From positions 151,713,115 to 151,766,946 of the forward strand of contig NC_068981.1 of NCBI RefSeq assembly GCF_001194135.2: a DNA stretch of 53,832 bases, given 5' to 3'. The notes beneath the pieces are model-generated. The model searched no databases. It saw only the letters and a program-made list of their open reading frames with translations, and was not told the DNA's origin. Every line of letters starts with the position of its first letter. Position 1 is the first letter of the stretch. Below, in pieces: positions 40,203-51,732 of this stretch. Source of the stretch: Octopus bimaculoides. Its lineage: Eukaryota. The position numbers and the translations under genes were made by a program.

Positions 40203-41097
40203 CGTGATCTAATCAATAAGTATCCAGACTGTTGCCGTAGTAACGAAGCTAAAGCAGACAGAGTGAAGCCGCTTGGCATAGATTGACCGTGAACGTTGTT
40301 GTGCATGAGCTTTAAGTTTTAACGTTCTCGCTCACTTCCACTATGTACAGACGTGCTTGGAAGGAAGGTGTGTAGCGTGTGACCGTTGCATCGACCATGA
40401 CAGAGTAAGCTGAGCAGAGAATCTGCATCAAATTTTGCCAAAAGCTTAGCAATACTCGCTCAGAGGCCTTCGCAAAGTTTTCGAAAAGTGTTCATCGTTC
40501 TCGGCACAATTAACGAGATCTTGTGCGTCTGAAAACCGAGTATCTTTTTAGTCAGCTGAAAGCTGTTTTAACACAAACTTGGCAGACACGCGTCTCATAC
40601 CCAAATTTTCAGTGATAATGGACTGAACTGAGCAGTAACTAATCTGCACGTCCTCTGATAACTCACGGATGGTGATTCGATGATTTCCCCTTATAGCTGC
40701 ATTCACATCTGTGATGCGTTTTTAAGTTCTGCTGGATGAGGGTCTCGCAAAACGTTCGTCAATATCGACATATTTTCGGCCATCTTGGAAGCGTCTAAAC
40801 CACTCATACACTTGTGTGCGGCTTATACACTCCTCCCCATACACTTTGTGCAACTTAGCGTAGGCCTCTGAGCAGGTATCGCTATGACAGCTTTCTCTAT
40901 CATGGTCAATGCGTTGATCACACGCTACACATCTTCCTTCCAAGTACTGCTGTAATCAGCGGGGGTAAGCTAGAACGTTAAAACTTAGTGCGCATGCACA
41001 GCAGAGTTTACGGTCAATCTTTACCAAGCAGCTTTACTCTGCGTGCTTTTGCTTTGTTACTATGGCAACAGTCCGGATACTTATTGGTCAGACCTCC
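40203..41097. mobile_element. Mariner derivative made of two inverted 5' halves; transposase N-terminal remnant on the minus strand
   Basis: TA flanks at 40201-40202 and 41098-41099; TIR caataagtatcc.gactgttgcc.tagtaac. Minus-strand EAYAKLHKVYGEECISRTQVYEWFRRFQDGR...GMRRV is a mariner HTH region. Confidence 0.85.
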
Positions 41098-42176
41098 TAC
41101 TTCGCAAGTATAATTATTTCGTAATACTTAGTTTCTCACTTCTATACCTATAAAATTGTTAGTTAGCACGTGCTTAGAGGCATTAGAAGTAGTAAAAATA
41201 CAATTTCTGGGCAATTATATATCTTCATTATTTTGACTGAAAGCTTGAAAATGCAAAAGAAATAAAAATTTGAGGCGTAAAATTACATGGTAAAATCAAA
41301 CGAACAATAAATTCTATACTTGTACAGTATCATTCTTTTTGTCTGGTTAAAGTCAAATTAATCCATATGGCAATTTATATTTTATATAATATCCCGTGTA
41401 TGAGGAGCTGCTGCAACCTATCATATTCTTAAAGTTCCATGTTGATTTTTTTTAAGGAAAAGCATGAGATAATATGGTTGTAGACATAAAGGCAATATCT
41501 GAAAATTTATGAGATAGTCATTACTAGAATGCCGTTTTAATATGCATTCTTAATCAAGAATAGCTTGGATACTTTTCTGCATTTGGATTACCCAAACACC
41601 GCAACATGAAACCGTTTGTTCCGCGGCATGATAAATCTTAAAGGCTCCACATTACTCTAAAGTACATGTTCAATACCAATTTATCTGAATCAATTTTATG
41701 CCTTTCCTTCATTGAAGAAAGATATGTAAGTTGTTGCTAATTTATACCCAGATCAGACTTTTACAGCAAAAATTATTAACTCAACTGTATGATATCGCTG
41801 ACCACTCCCACTTTTTATCCAAGACACATCTATTTGGTCTGTCGTTTTAAGACGGTAAGACGTGTAATTTGAGGATGATTGATCACTTTTTCTTGCAGTT
41901 CTAGTGATCTTTGTAATCTCGAAGATTTATAAGTTTAGAATAAAACTAATATCCTTGGATACGTGGTAAAAGGTTAAATTGATCTATAAAATAATAGTTA
42001 TTTATTGGAAAGATAATTAAAAGTTTAGATTTAAGATATTGTTCCCTCTTCAAAATAATCAAATTTTATATTTCTGTCATATCTTTCAAGTCGCACATTT
42101 AGATATATTTGGTAATTCTCTCCGAAGTTTGCTTAATAGATTCAAGTTAATTCAAGGTGAATTTCAAAAAACTTTT

Positions 42177-42600
42177 AGGTGTGACTGAGTGGTAATAAGT
42201 TTGCTTCCTAGTCACATGCTTCCAAGTTCAATCCTAATGCATGGATCTTAGGCAAGTGTCTTCCACTATAGCTCCAGCTTGACCAAAACCTTGTAAGTGG
42301 ATCTCGTAGACGGAAACTGAAAGAAGCCCCTCCCTCCGTATATGTATGTGTATGACTTTGAGTGCGTGTGTGTGTGTGTGTGAGTATGCGCGCGTGGGCG
42401 TGTCTGTATGTGTCTTGTTTGTCCTTGACTACCGTTGATAACCTGTGCTGTTTTGTTTATTTTCCCGTAACGTAGCGTTTCGATAAAAGACACCGATAGA
42501 ATAAGTACTAAGCTTAAAATTTAAACTCTGAGATCGATTCGTTTACGGTGGTGTCCCAGCAAGACCGCAGTTCACTAACTGAAATAAGGAAATGATAAAT
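42177..42600 (+). mobile_element. SINE family A, near full length
   Basis: Collinear with 3188-3592 along the whole length. Confidence 0.8.
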
Positions 42601-43552
42601 ACAATTTAATGTATCAACCTTATTTGCTCTTACATTCTATAATTTTATTTGTCTCTTTTTGTTTTGTTTCCTAGAGATGTAAATTTTTTCCTTCCTTGCC
42701 GTTTATTCATGTGTGAATCGGATGCTTTTTTAAATTCTAATTAATCAGGTAAGTTTATGATAAAAGTAAACTAATCATTTGTTTTCTGATTAAGTTTGGT
42801 GTTTGTTATCTCTCTCCAAATGCCCATAGATTTTTTATACAAACCGCTGCGAATAGAAACATCAACTTCATATCCCGTATCTGTGATTTTATGTTCTTCA
42901 TTACCATACAAAATTAATCACACCCTTTTGTAAATTTCAAATCAACTTATTTTTGTGGTTTGAAATTGAATCCGATAAAGAAATTAATCTGATTTACCAA
43001 TGTGAACTTTAATAGTTTTAGTTTCTGTTTTCGTTTCCAAAATTTACTGCAAAATAATATTCATATCTCTCTCATATCAGGTACATATTATCTTAAATCA
43101 CAAAAGAAAATTCATTGGTATTGTCTATTAGAAGTCTATACAAAGAATATTAAGAAAATGTTAGTTTACCTCTTGATCATGCTTACCCGATTTATTTTTT
43201 CTCTTTTACACTGTTATTAGCTAATGGCTAATACCTCCAGCACCATATGGCCACACACAACAGATACTGACAATACAAACGGATTTTGCTAACGAATTAG
43301 AACATCATCTCATGCGAGTAATATCTGGCTGATAAAAATTAATATTATGTATAATTGCATTCATTCAACAACCGCTAAAAGGATTCCTATCTAATTCGAT
43401 GCCATCTTACGTCAGTTTCTTTTGTTTGGAAACAATAATTGTTCGTATAAACACGTTACTATTATATGATTGAATGAAAGAATTTTTGACTTATCTGTAA
43501 ATACATTTTGATGTATTTGTATACTTGATTATTTCAGGAACACGGGTACAGA

Positions 43553-43750
43553 ATGAGTTATGCCTCAGATGATGATGACTGTGTTAATTCTCCGGATATT
43601 GACAGCCACTTCAGTGACAGCTCAATGTTTTACGATGATGAGTACCAATTTATTGATGCTTGTATTGATGGAGATCATGAAGCCGTCCAAGCGATTCTTG
43701 AAGACGACTGTACGCGAGAGGAGATAAATGAAAGGGATAGATCCGGCAGA
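43553..43750 (+). CDS. ANKRD33B-like: Ankyrin-repeat protein, ANKRD33/ANKRD33B (PANKY)-like, coding exon A
   Basis: Acceptor tttcag ends at 43537 and ATG is at 43553. 66 codons MSYASDDDDC...FIDACIDGDHEAVQAILEDD...INERDRSGR, then donor AGA|gtacgt (phase 0). The acidic N-terminus and DRSGR match the vertebrate ANKRD33B pattern (SDDSFY...ETDRNGR) from memory. Confidence 0.88.
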
Positions 43751-44224
43751 GTACGTATTAAAACATTTATTATTGTTATATTAAAATTATAACCTTTACA
43801 TGTGGCACAAGGTGTATTTTAAGCTTCAAATGCAATAAAAAGGATTGGCTGTGCGTTGATGACACTTTTATCACAATAGGTTATCGGAGTTTTTTCTCTA
43901 ATCACAGTATTATTTTAGTATGAGAATGTCTGTTGAATTGGCTAGTATTTGGTAACTGATGACTGTTACCTCTGTAACGCCTCGATTATCAATGTATGTG
44001 GTCGTTAGATCTGTTATAAATGACAATCAAATCACCCTCAAACCATATCATATTGCAGTCGAGAAGAGAAGAAAAGAACGCACTGGATTATTTGTGTAGC
44101 ATGAGAAATACTTTTAAAACTATGACATGGTTATGATTTAGATTATAGATCTGTTCAGTTACGGGTGATTTGCAGCTAAATAACAGCAATAACAACAAAT
44201 GCAGACATTTTAAAATTAGTCTTT

Positions 44225-44447
44225 TACAGTACATTATTTACATTATTTACATTTGACGGATTTTTGTCCTCATCTTGTTTGTTGTTATTATTATTATTCA
44301 GGTCACTGCCTGAAATCGAACTCGGAATCTTAGAATTAGTAGCTCGCGCTCTTAACCACTACGTTATATGCTCATGGGCATATGGCGTAGTGGTTAAGAG
44401 CGCGGGCTACTAACCACAACATTCCGAGTTCGATTTCAGGCAGTGAT

Positions 44448-44503
<56 letters not shown>

Positions 44504-44712
44504 CAATAATAATAATAATAATAATAACATCGAAAAATACCTTAGGAATGAGAACCCATGTTCGAAATTTCTCCAAGACACCTGATGAAGGCTGGAGGGT
44601 ATATCAGCCGAAATGTTGTATTAACAAGAAACAAGATGAGGACAAATATCTGTCAAATGTAAATAATGTATATAATGTACATAATTCATCATCTCTTAAA
44701 TATAGAACTGTA
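44225..44712. mobile_element. Palindromic element: two head-to-head arms of tRNA-like head + (AAT)n + PLE-type tail
   Basis: Centre at 44374-44375. Heads 44297-44373 and 44376-44452 are inverted with about 10 mismatches in 77 nt; outer segments about 4 mismatches in 57 nt. Termini TACAGT...ACTGTA. A-box TGGCGTAGTGG at 44383-44393 and B-box GAGTTCGATTTC at 44426-44437. Confidence 0.85.
44576..44622 (+). ncRNA. Minimal type-I hammerhead ribozyme motif (PLE-type), slightly decayed
   Basis: gacac-CTGATGA-a-GGCTG(gagggtatat)CAGCC-GAAA-tgT-T-gtatt: perfect core and 5-bp stem II, U.G in stem III, one mismatch in stem I. Confidence 0.65.
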
Positions 44713-44769
44713 GTTTTTACAGCTTATTTAAAAGATAAGGACTATTTCGTGTTAAATATTAAGAATATC

Positions 44770-44827
44770 ATAGATAGATAGATATATATATATAGAGAGA
44801 GAGAGAAAGAGAGAGAGAGAGAAAGAA

Positions 44828-44860
<33 letters not shown>

Positions 44861-44861
44861 A

Positions 44862-44892
<31 letters not shown>

Positions 44893-45135
44893 TAGTTAGA
44901 CTGATAGATAGATAAACAGACAGACAGACAAACAGTTAGATAGCATGGCTGCAACACTTATGATCCCTCAGCTCGATTAGATACTATGCTAAAGAACCAT
45001 AGTGTTTGTGTGTGTGTGCTTTTGTACGTATTTACGTATGTGTGTATGTATGTATGTATGTATGTATGTGTGTATGTATGTATGTATGCATGCATATATG
45101 TCTGTCTGTATGTATGTATGTGTGCGTGTGTTTAT
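44770..45135. repeat. Compound (AGAT)/(AT)/(AG)/(AGAC) and (ATGT) microsatellites
   Basis: Read directly. Confidence 0.9.
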
Positions 45136-46274
45136 GTATTTTCAATTAATAAAAAACGTAAGAATCGACGAGAAAGCAGAAAATCAGGTACTGTTCCAAG
45201 AATACCCTCTTGCGGTATCTGTTCTGTACCGTTACAAAGTGTTTTTCGTTCATCTCGCTATTGGCTTAGGTGCATTTAGTTCTGAAATCTTAATGCGCTA
45301 TTTAAGGTTTCATGCTATCAATCAATTAATAAACAGATTGAAGTAATATCCAGTTGACTTCCCCATGTCTAATAGAGATCATAATCTCAGCTTTGCAAAG
45401 CAACGAAACAGACGTCGACTTCGAAGTGCTTTTACTCCTTAACGTAGTAAACTTTGTACACTATGTATACATCTAGTATTTGGTGAAATCGAAATTATAA
45501 TGGTAGTACACAAAATACCTATCGTCTAATATTCTACTGGCTTTCCAGTACTTTACTGGTTTAGTCACTGACACAATATATTTTTATATAAATACCCCGA
45601 AAAAGCTAAACACAGATATAACTAGTTCCAGGTTAACAGAGACTGGCGCCGTTTCAATCCTCGGTCGAAGCCATGTAGGTTCACCTGTATTAAAGAAGAA
45701 AGAACATGCTAACATTTTCCAAAGCATAAATTTTGCAATTTCCCATTTCCTTCAAGTCTAATAAGTAGAACTCTTATTTTTAGCGAAGATAGATAAATGA
45801 AATCTAAATGCTGTTCAACATATGCTTTGTCTCCGCCATTCTCAAGTTGAAATTACACATTGGATTTATATTGCCTCTCATTCTCGCGTATTCCATAAAA
45901 TAAACGCTATCATTAAAATTAATCAATTCAAAGAAGGACAACTATATGATAAAAATTATTCAAAATGATTTTTAGTCAAATAAAATCTATATGAAAATCG
46001 TATATGTAACAACTTTCTTGATGGAAACCAGTTTAGTTTATTACATTGTATAATTCCCTTTCCAAAGACACAAAAATCAAACAATCCTTTCTATTTCCTC
46101 GCCGAATCTGTAACTTTATGCCTAAGAAATCAATAATAGATATTTGAGGAAACGTATTTATATCAAGCCTGCCGTATGTATTTAGTGGGTCATAAAGCAA
46201 ATATGAATTAAAGATGTTTTTGCATTTGCCCCACACGCGCACGCGTGCACACACGCAAACACACACACGCACAC

Positions 46275-46312
<38 letters not shown>

Positions 46313-46522
46313 GTATTACTGATAATTGAAAGGGTTGTATATAATTTAGAAAATTAAATTCCGTATATAAAATATGTTGTAAAAGGGAGCAGTGCCCTTG
46401 TAAAATATTGCATTTTCCTTTATTCAAGGAATCAATTGAATTTCTTTTATTTTATGTTTCTGTCAATAATGATTAATTATTCAATTATATTCTATTCTAT
46501 TTTACTACATTTTTCTTTGCAG

Positions 46523-46652
46523 ACGGGAATTAGTCATGCTTGTTCAAGCGGTTTCTCTACAATAGTAGAAATGTTAGCAGAAGTACCAGAAGTTGAAGTA
46601 AACATTCCAGATAAAGAAGGGAATACGCCACTCATTTTTGCTGCTCAAGCTG
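46523..46652 (+). CDS. ANKRD33B-like: ANKRD33B-like coding exon B (130 nt)
   Basis: Polypyrimidine acceptor ttttctttgcag| and donor G|gtacat. Encodes TGISHACSSGFSTIVEMLAEVPEVEVNIPDKEGNTPLIFAAQA(G), an ankyrin repeat. Joins exon A in frame (phase 0 to phase 1). Confidence 0.92.
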
Positions 46653-46842
46653 GTACATATTTATGTGTTTCTTCAAACTATATTGTTAACCTGTGGTTAT
46701 CAAAATCAGCTTCATTTTTCCCTGCATAACTCAATTCAATAGTTAAGTTGATTTGAGTTTCTAGATTGTTTTTTTTTTCCTTTTTTTTTCTTTTTTGACT
46801 AAAGTTTTTAAGAGGAAAGTATCAGGTCTTTCTCTTTTAATT

Positions 46843-46926
46843 TAAGTACCAGTTGAACAAATAGGATCGATGTAATCGACTTAACCACTCACCTAAACTT
46901 GCTGGCCTTGTGCCAAAGTTTGAAAC

Positions 46927-47000
<74 letters not shown>
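46843..47000 (+). mobile_element. SINE family B, 3' part with (TAG)n tail
   Basis: taagtaccagttg...gatcgatgtaatcgacttaac...ggccttgtgcc. Confidence 0.7.
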
Positions 47001-47180
47001 CATTTCTTAATTCATTACAATAATATCGTTTCTCGTGTACTCTGTAAGATGATAAATATAATTCATTTGTGTATGATGGTAGATCAAGCCCCAAGACCCC
47101 AGCAGTGAAATCTTAACGAGTATATCTATTTAAATCGTACATTATTAGAATTCCAGTCATTTTTATCCCATCTACTAAGG

Positions 47181-47324
47181 TAGTCATGGGCAACGTGTGA
47201 TCAGCAGGATTTTCTGCATGGCACACCTAACGAAAAATTACCTTGAATGTTTTAGCAGTTGACTCACCAGATAATGATTCAAGTGTCATGAGGTTTGCTT
47301 CTCGAAAAAGGTTGCCCAATCCTG
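47181..47324. mobile_element. Probable hAT-type MITE
   Basis: Imperfect TIRs tagtcatgggcaacgt / aggttgcccaatcctg; 8-nt flanks tactaagg / ttccaagc match 5 of 8. Confidence 0.4.
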
Positions 47325-48131
47325 TTCCAAGCGCAGTAACTAAACTACATTATCTGTGTCCTTTCTTTTTCAAAGGTAGACGTCTTTAATTTGAGAAATA
47401 TTTGACTGCTATTTCAAGCAAGACTGAGTGGCTACATGAAAACTCCTCTGTTAGCACATGTAACATCTATTTACTTTAATTGTTCTGTAATGCTTTTGAA
47501 AAAAATAGAAAGTACATTTCCTACACTGTTAGCTTTATTTCACTAAGAAATTTAAGAGCTTATAGCAAAGGAACTATATATTTTAATAATGAAGTAAGGA
47601 ATTAAATATTTTCTGGCTTGATCAGTAAAACCTGTAAACAATATTTTGCTATATTGAGTTACGTACATTCACACTTTTCTAAATAATGTTTATCAGGAAA
47701 TTAGAACTGGTAATGCTTTACAATATTTAGTTTCTACTTCCTGAGGCCAAATATTACCGTAATCATCTTTGGTATTCATTCTTATGTGATGGATAAAATA
47801 AGAAATAATTAAATGTTGAATCGATTCACTCGAACATAATCGATCTTTTAAAATTCATAAATTTGTTCTTACTCAATAGAGCATTAAACAAAATGTTGTC
47901 TGGTAACTGGTATGGTTAAGGTCAACTTTGCCTATCATCCGTCTATAGAACCGATGAAGTACTGGGGACATTATAATTGGCTGTTGCCTTTACCAAAAGT
48001 TTGGGGCTTACTACCAACGTAAATAGAGCGTCTCATTCGAGATCCTTCTGTGTTTCTAGCGAGGGTTTTAGTTTGTCTATTTATAGTGGGAAGGTTCATG
48101 TTACTAACGCTAATAACTCTAATACGACCAG

Positions 48132-48210
<79 letters not shown>

Positions 48211-48952
48211 TTCTTTATTGGCCACCAAGGCCGAACACAAAACATAAAGGACGATACACAGACGAGGGACAATGGGATTAAACGTGTAAACAGCAAAAAA
48301 AAACAATTAACAAGGAGATTAGACCAAAAATGTACTTCTCCAATAGGAAGAAATTCCACCGAGTGGTGACCAAAGGAACCTCATACACTTTGGACCTCCT
48401 AACACCAAAGGCATATAAGGTAGGCACCCCTCTGCTCCTCATTTCATCCGACCAACAGGTGCACACTTTGAGTAGGCCCATTCACACAGGCCATTCTTGC
48501 TACATTCACGTACCTCTCAGAAACCTTATTGAGTGACAACATTTTTCTCTCCAACCTCACTTTCCTTTTCAGGTAGAACCTGAAAAAGTCAATGAGGCCT
48601 TGGTCGAAGAGGAAGGTACCCGTCTTCAACTCTTTCAGTTGCGTCCACCACACAGCCTCTTTCGTCATAGCCACCAAATAGAGAAAAACTGCCTTTCCTT
48701 CCCGGATCCGTCCTACACGTGACAATAACTGTTCGACAAAGCTCCACAAGTTAGCAGTGCATGGACACTGTACGAGAGCATGCAGAACGGTTTCATCGCT
48801 CCATGTGCGTCTCGGACAAGCCCGTCAGACTGCACACCCATACCTGTAGAGCTTATCGCGAACCGGCAGAGCTCCCCGGTAGCACTGCCAGATCAAGGAT
48901 TTCTGGAAGTTATCCATAGGCCCCGGTCCGAAAGTCCTCCTGAAGACACAAC
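48211..48952 (-). mobile_element. Tx1/L1-clade LINE ORF2 3' fragment
   Basis: LIWQCYRGALPVRDKL...CP...ETVLHALVQCP...LW (zf-RVT-type C-terminus). Ends ccaataaagaa|(ATT)n; (AAT)n on both flanks. Confidence 0.8.
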
Positions 48953-49027
<75 letters not shown>

Positions 49028-49029
<2 letters not shown>

Positions 49030-50175
49030 GAGTCTAATACCACCTTAAACTTTATCTTGTCCATAAATAGTACAGCAACTTCCCTCTCCACAATTAATTC
49101 ATGTAAGACAGATAGTCGCAACTGTAGGTCCGAGACCGAATGCCCGCTGCAGAAGATTTAACCTAGTATACAAATCCATTGTCCACAACATATTACATGA
49201 TTCTACTAGCTACTACATTGGAACTACTATTAATTTTAAACAGAGATATTCTACACATCTCAACTCATTTAAATATGAAGACCATAGCAAATCCACATCC
49301 CAAGCCAACCACATACACCACCTGATAAATAGGAAAGTACCATATAGGATACCCTGGATCATAACAGATTCTGGTGCCCCATACCAAGGCCAGCGCTCCA
49401 CATGTGGACTCTGCCTGAAAGAAGCCCTCCAAATATTAATTCATAATTCACCGCAACATGAAGCATTTTCTACACGTAAGTATAAGTTCTTTCGCACATC
49501 TATTTAATTAACAGACATAAATCCCTTCGTCCACATTCCTTTTATTTCTTATTTCTTATTTTTTTTATTTTTTACTTTTGATTTTACTGTACTTTCGCTC
49601 TCATTCATTCTTTCCCACACCTTTCCATTCCTATCTTATCTCTCTTTTTTCTGTCTTTCTCCTTCTTTTCTTTCTTTCTCCTCTCACTTCTATCCACTAA
49701 CTCACAACCTACTTCTGTCTGCCTATCTTTCTCACTCTATATACCCACGTGGACCATTTATATACTAGCTAACCATTTAATCCATTACTTCAACATGAAC
49801 GCATCATTCAAAATACTACCACAATACTGCCTGGATTTACTTGGGATTATAACTAATCGCCTATACCTTCAAAGAAGTACAGACCAACCAACATACCCTC
49901 TGGAAAAAGATTAACTCTCAACTTTATTCACCTGTTTGTATTCTTCTATCAACTTTTCCTATTTATTCTCCTATTTTATTTCTTATAAACTGTGAATTTT
50001 CCTGTCTAGAACTTTCGTACATACTCACCTTTTCTCTGATAACGGAATACCCAATGTATGGACATGCTAGCCTATCACTTGGGATATCTCAGAAGCGGCT
50101 GTAAGACTTCAAATTCGCCTAATCCAAATTAAATTATTAAAACTGACTTAAGATACTAGTCCTGCCTTCGTTTTT
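49028..50175 (+). mobile_element. Penelope-like element (Naiad/Chlamys-type GIY-YIG endonuclease) 3' part plus pLTR
   Basis: (C)NCRSETECPL...LVYK...YYIGTT..FKQRYSTHLNSF...W.I...PY...CGLCLKE, with frameshifts. Followed by a pyrimidine-rich pLTR containing a decayed HHR. Confidence 0.75.
50033..50106 (+). ncRNA. Heavily decayed hammerhead-like motif
   Basis: tct-CTGATAA-c-ggaatacccaa...ttgggatatctc-aGAAG-cggctgT-A-aga; several core substitutions. Confidence 0.3.
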
Positions 50176-50206
50176 GTTGTCCTTCTCCTCTAATGTGTGT
50201 ATGTGC

Positions 50207-50267
<61 letters not shown>

Positions 50268-50915
50268 NNNNNNNNNNNNNNNNNNNNNNNNNNNNNNNNN
50301 NNNNNNNNNNNNNNNNNNNNNNNNNNNNNNNNNNNNNNNNNNNNNNNNNNNNNNNNNNNNNNNNNNNNNNNNNNNNNNNNNNNNNNNNNNNNNNNNNNNN
50401 NNNNNNNNNNNNNNNNNNNNNNNNNNNNNNNNNNNNNNNNNNNNNNNNNNNNNNNNNNNNNNNNNNNNNNNNNNNNNNNNNNNNNNNNNNNNNNNNNNNN
50501 NNNNNNNNNNNNNNNNNNNNNNNNNNNNNNNNNNNNNNNNNNNNNNNNNNNNNNNNNNNNNNNNNNNNNNNNNNNNNNNNNNNNNNNNNNNNNNNNNNNN
50601 NNNNNNNNNNNNNNNNNNNNNNNNNNNNNNNNNNNNNNNNNNNNNNNNNNNNNNNNNNNNNNNNNNNNNNNNNNNNNNNNNNNNNNNNNNNNNNNNNNNN
50701 NNNNNNNNNNNNNNNNNNNNNNNNNNNNNNNNNNNNNNNNNNNNNNNNNNNNNNNNNNNNNNNNNNNNNNNNNNNNNNNNNNNNNNNNNNNNNNNNNNNN
50801 NNNNNNNNNNNNNNNNNNNNNNNNNNNNNNNNNNNNNNNNNNNNNNNNNNNNNNNNNNNNNNNNNNNNNNNNNNNNNNNNNNNNNNNNNNNNNNNNNNNN
50901 NNNNNNNNNNNNNNN

Positions 50916-50946
<31 letters not shown>

Positions 50947-51010
50947 CAAGGTTTCTATATATATTTTAAACGATGTTTGGAACGGCCAACGAAAAGTTAC
51001 CTTTCTTTGA

Positions 51011-51048
51011 CACCCGGCGTGCTAACGTTTCTGCCAACTCGCCACCTT
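51011..51048 (-). mobile_element. SINE family B, head fragment
   Basis: cggcgtgctaacgtttctgccaactcgccacctt. Confidence 0.6.
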
Positions 51049-51159
51049 GAAACACAACACATTCGTCATTATTGTTAAGACGGGTTGTTGAATGATAGAA
51101 CAGGTACCTTATCTGAATGGAGAACAGATCTTAATGTTGATTTTAAGTAAAGATATTCT

Positions 51160-51545
51160 ATTGCAAACTGCTATTTATATTAATTTTATATATACACATT
51201 ACCGAATCGCTAAATCATCCAATTATTTGGATGACGAAAATATAAATACTAAGTGCGAAGCGAGTCCTGAAAGAGCCGAACAGCCGCGCTGTCTTAATTG
51301 ATGAAGCAATGAAAATTTCCGAAACTGACACGTCTGTATTAACTATTTTCGATCGGTACTTTACGGACGATTATGGTCCCCGTTAGTGTATGTTTTCATT
51401 TATGTGCGTTAACTACATCATTAAAGCGGTTTAGCTCTTATTTCTAGCAATGAAAGTGTTCCTAACACCCTAGTTACATTTAGTGACGTTTGTAATTCTC
51501 CTTTTCTGTAAAACATTGCAAACTGCTATTTATATTAATTTTATA
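51160..51545 (+). mobile_element. PLE pLTR-type remnant bounded by a 31-nt direct repeat
   Basis: attgcaaactgctatttatattaattttata occurs at 51160-51190 and 51515-51545; HHR motif at 51294-51342. Confidence 0.55.
51294..51342 (+). ncRNA. Hammerhead-like motif (C3U variant)
   Basis: ttaa-TTGATGA-a-gcaat(gaaa)atttcc-GAAA-ctgacacgtctgT-A-ttaa; 4-bp stem I, decayed stems II and III. Confidence 0.5.
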
Positions 51546-51732
51546 CAAGTGTGTGTGTGTGTGTACAAGATATTCAAGCAAGTTATGACTTCCAAATTTC
51601 ATTAATAAAACAGCAAAATAGCAAAATAATGTGTGTGTAGGCAAGGATAACTAAGTTTGATGATATTGAGAAACCTGTCGTGACAGAAATCAATTTAATT
51701 TGTTTTTGTTTTGTTTTTTTTGTATTTGGCAG

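Noticed and set aside
44376-44448. tRNA gene
   Set aside because: A- and B-boxes are present but the acceptor stem does not close; it is embedded in a repeat, so it is a SINE-type head.
49028-49505. Possible selenocysteine (UGA) recoding, as reported for some Naiad PLEs
   Set aside because: The Cys positions I can read are TGT/TGC/CGC, none TGA, and no SECIS was recognised.
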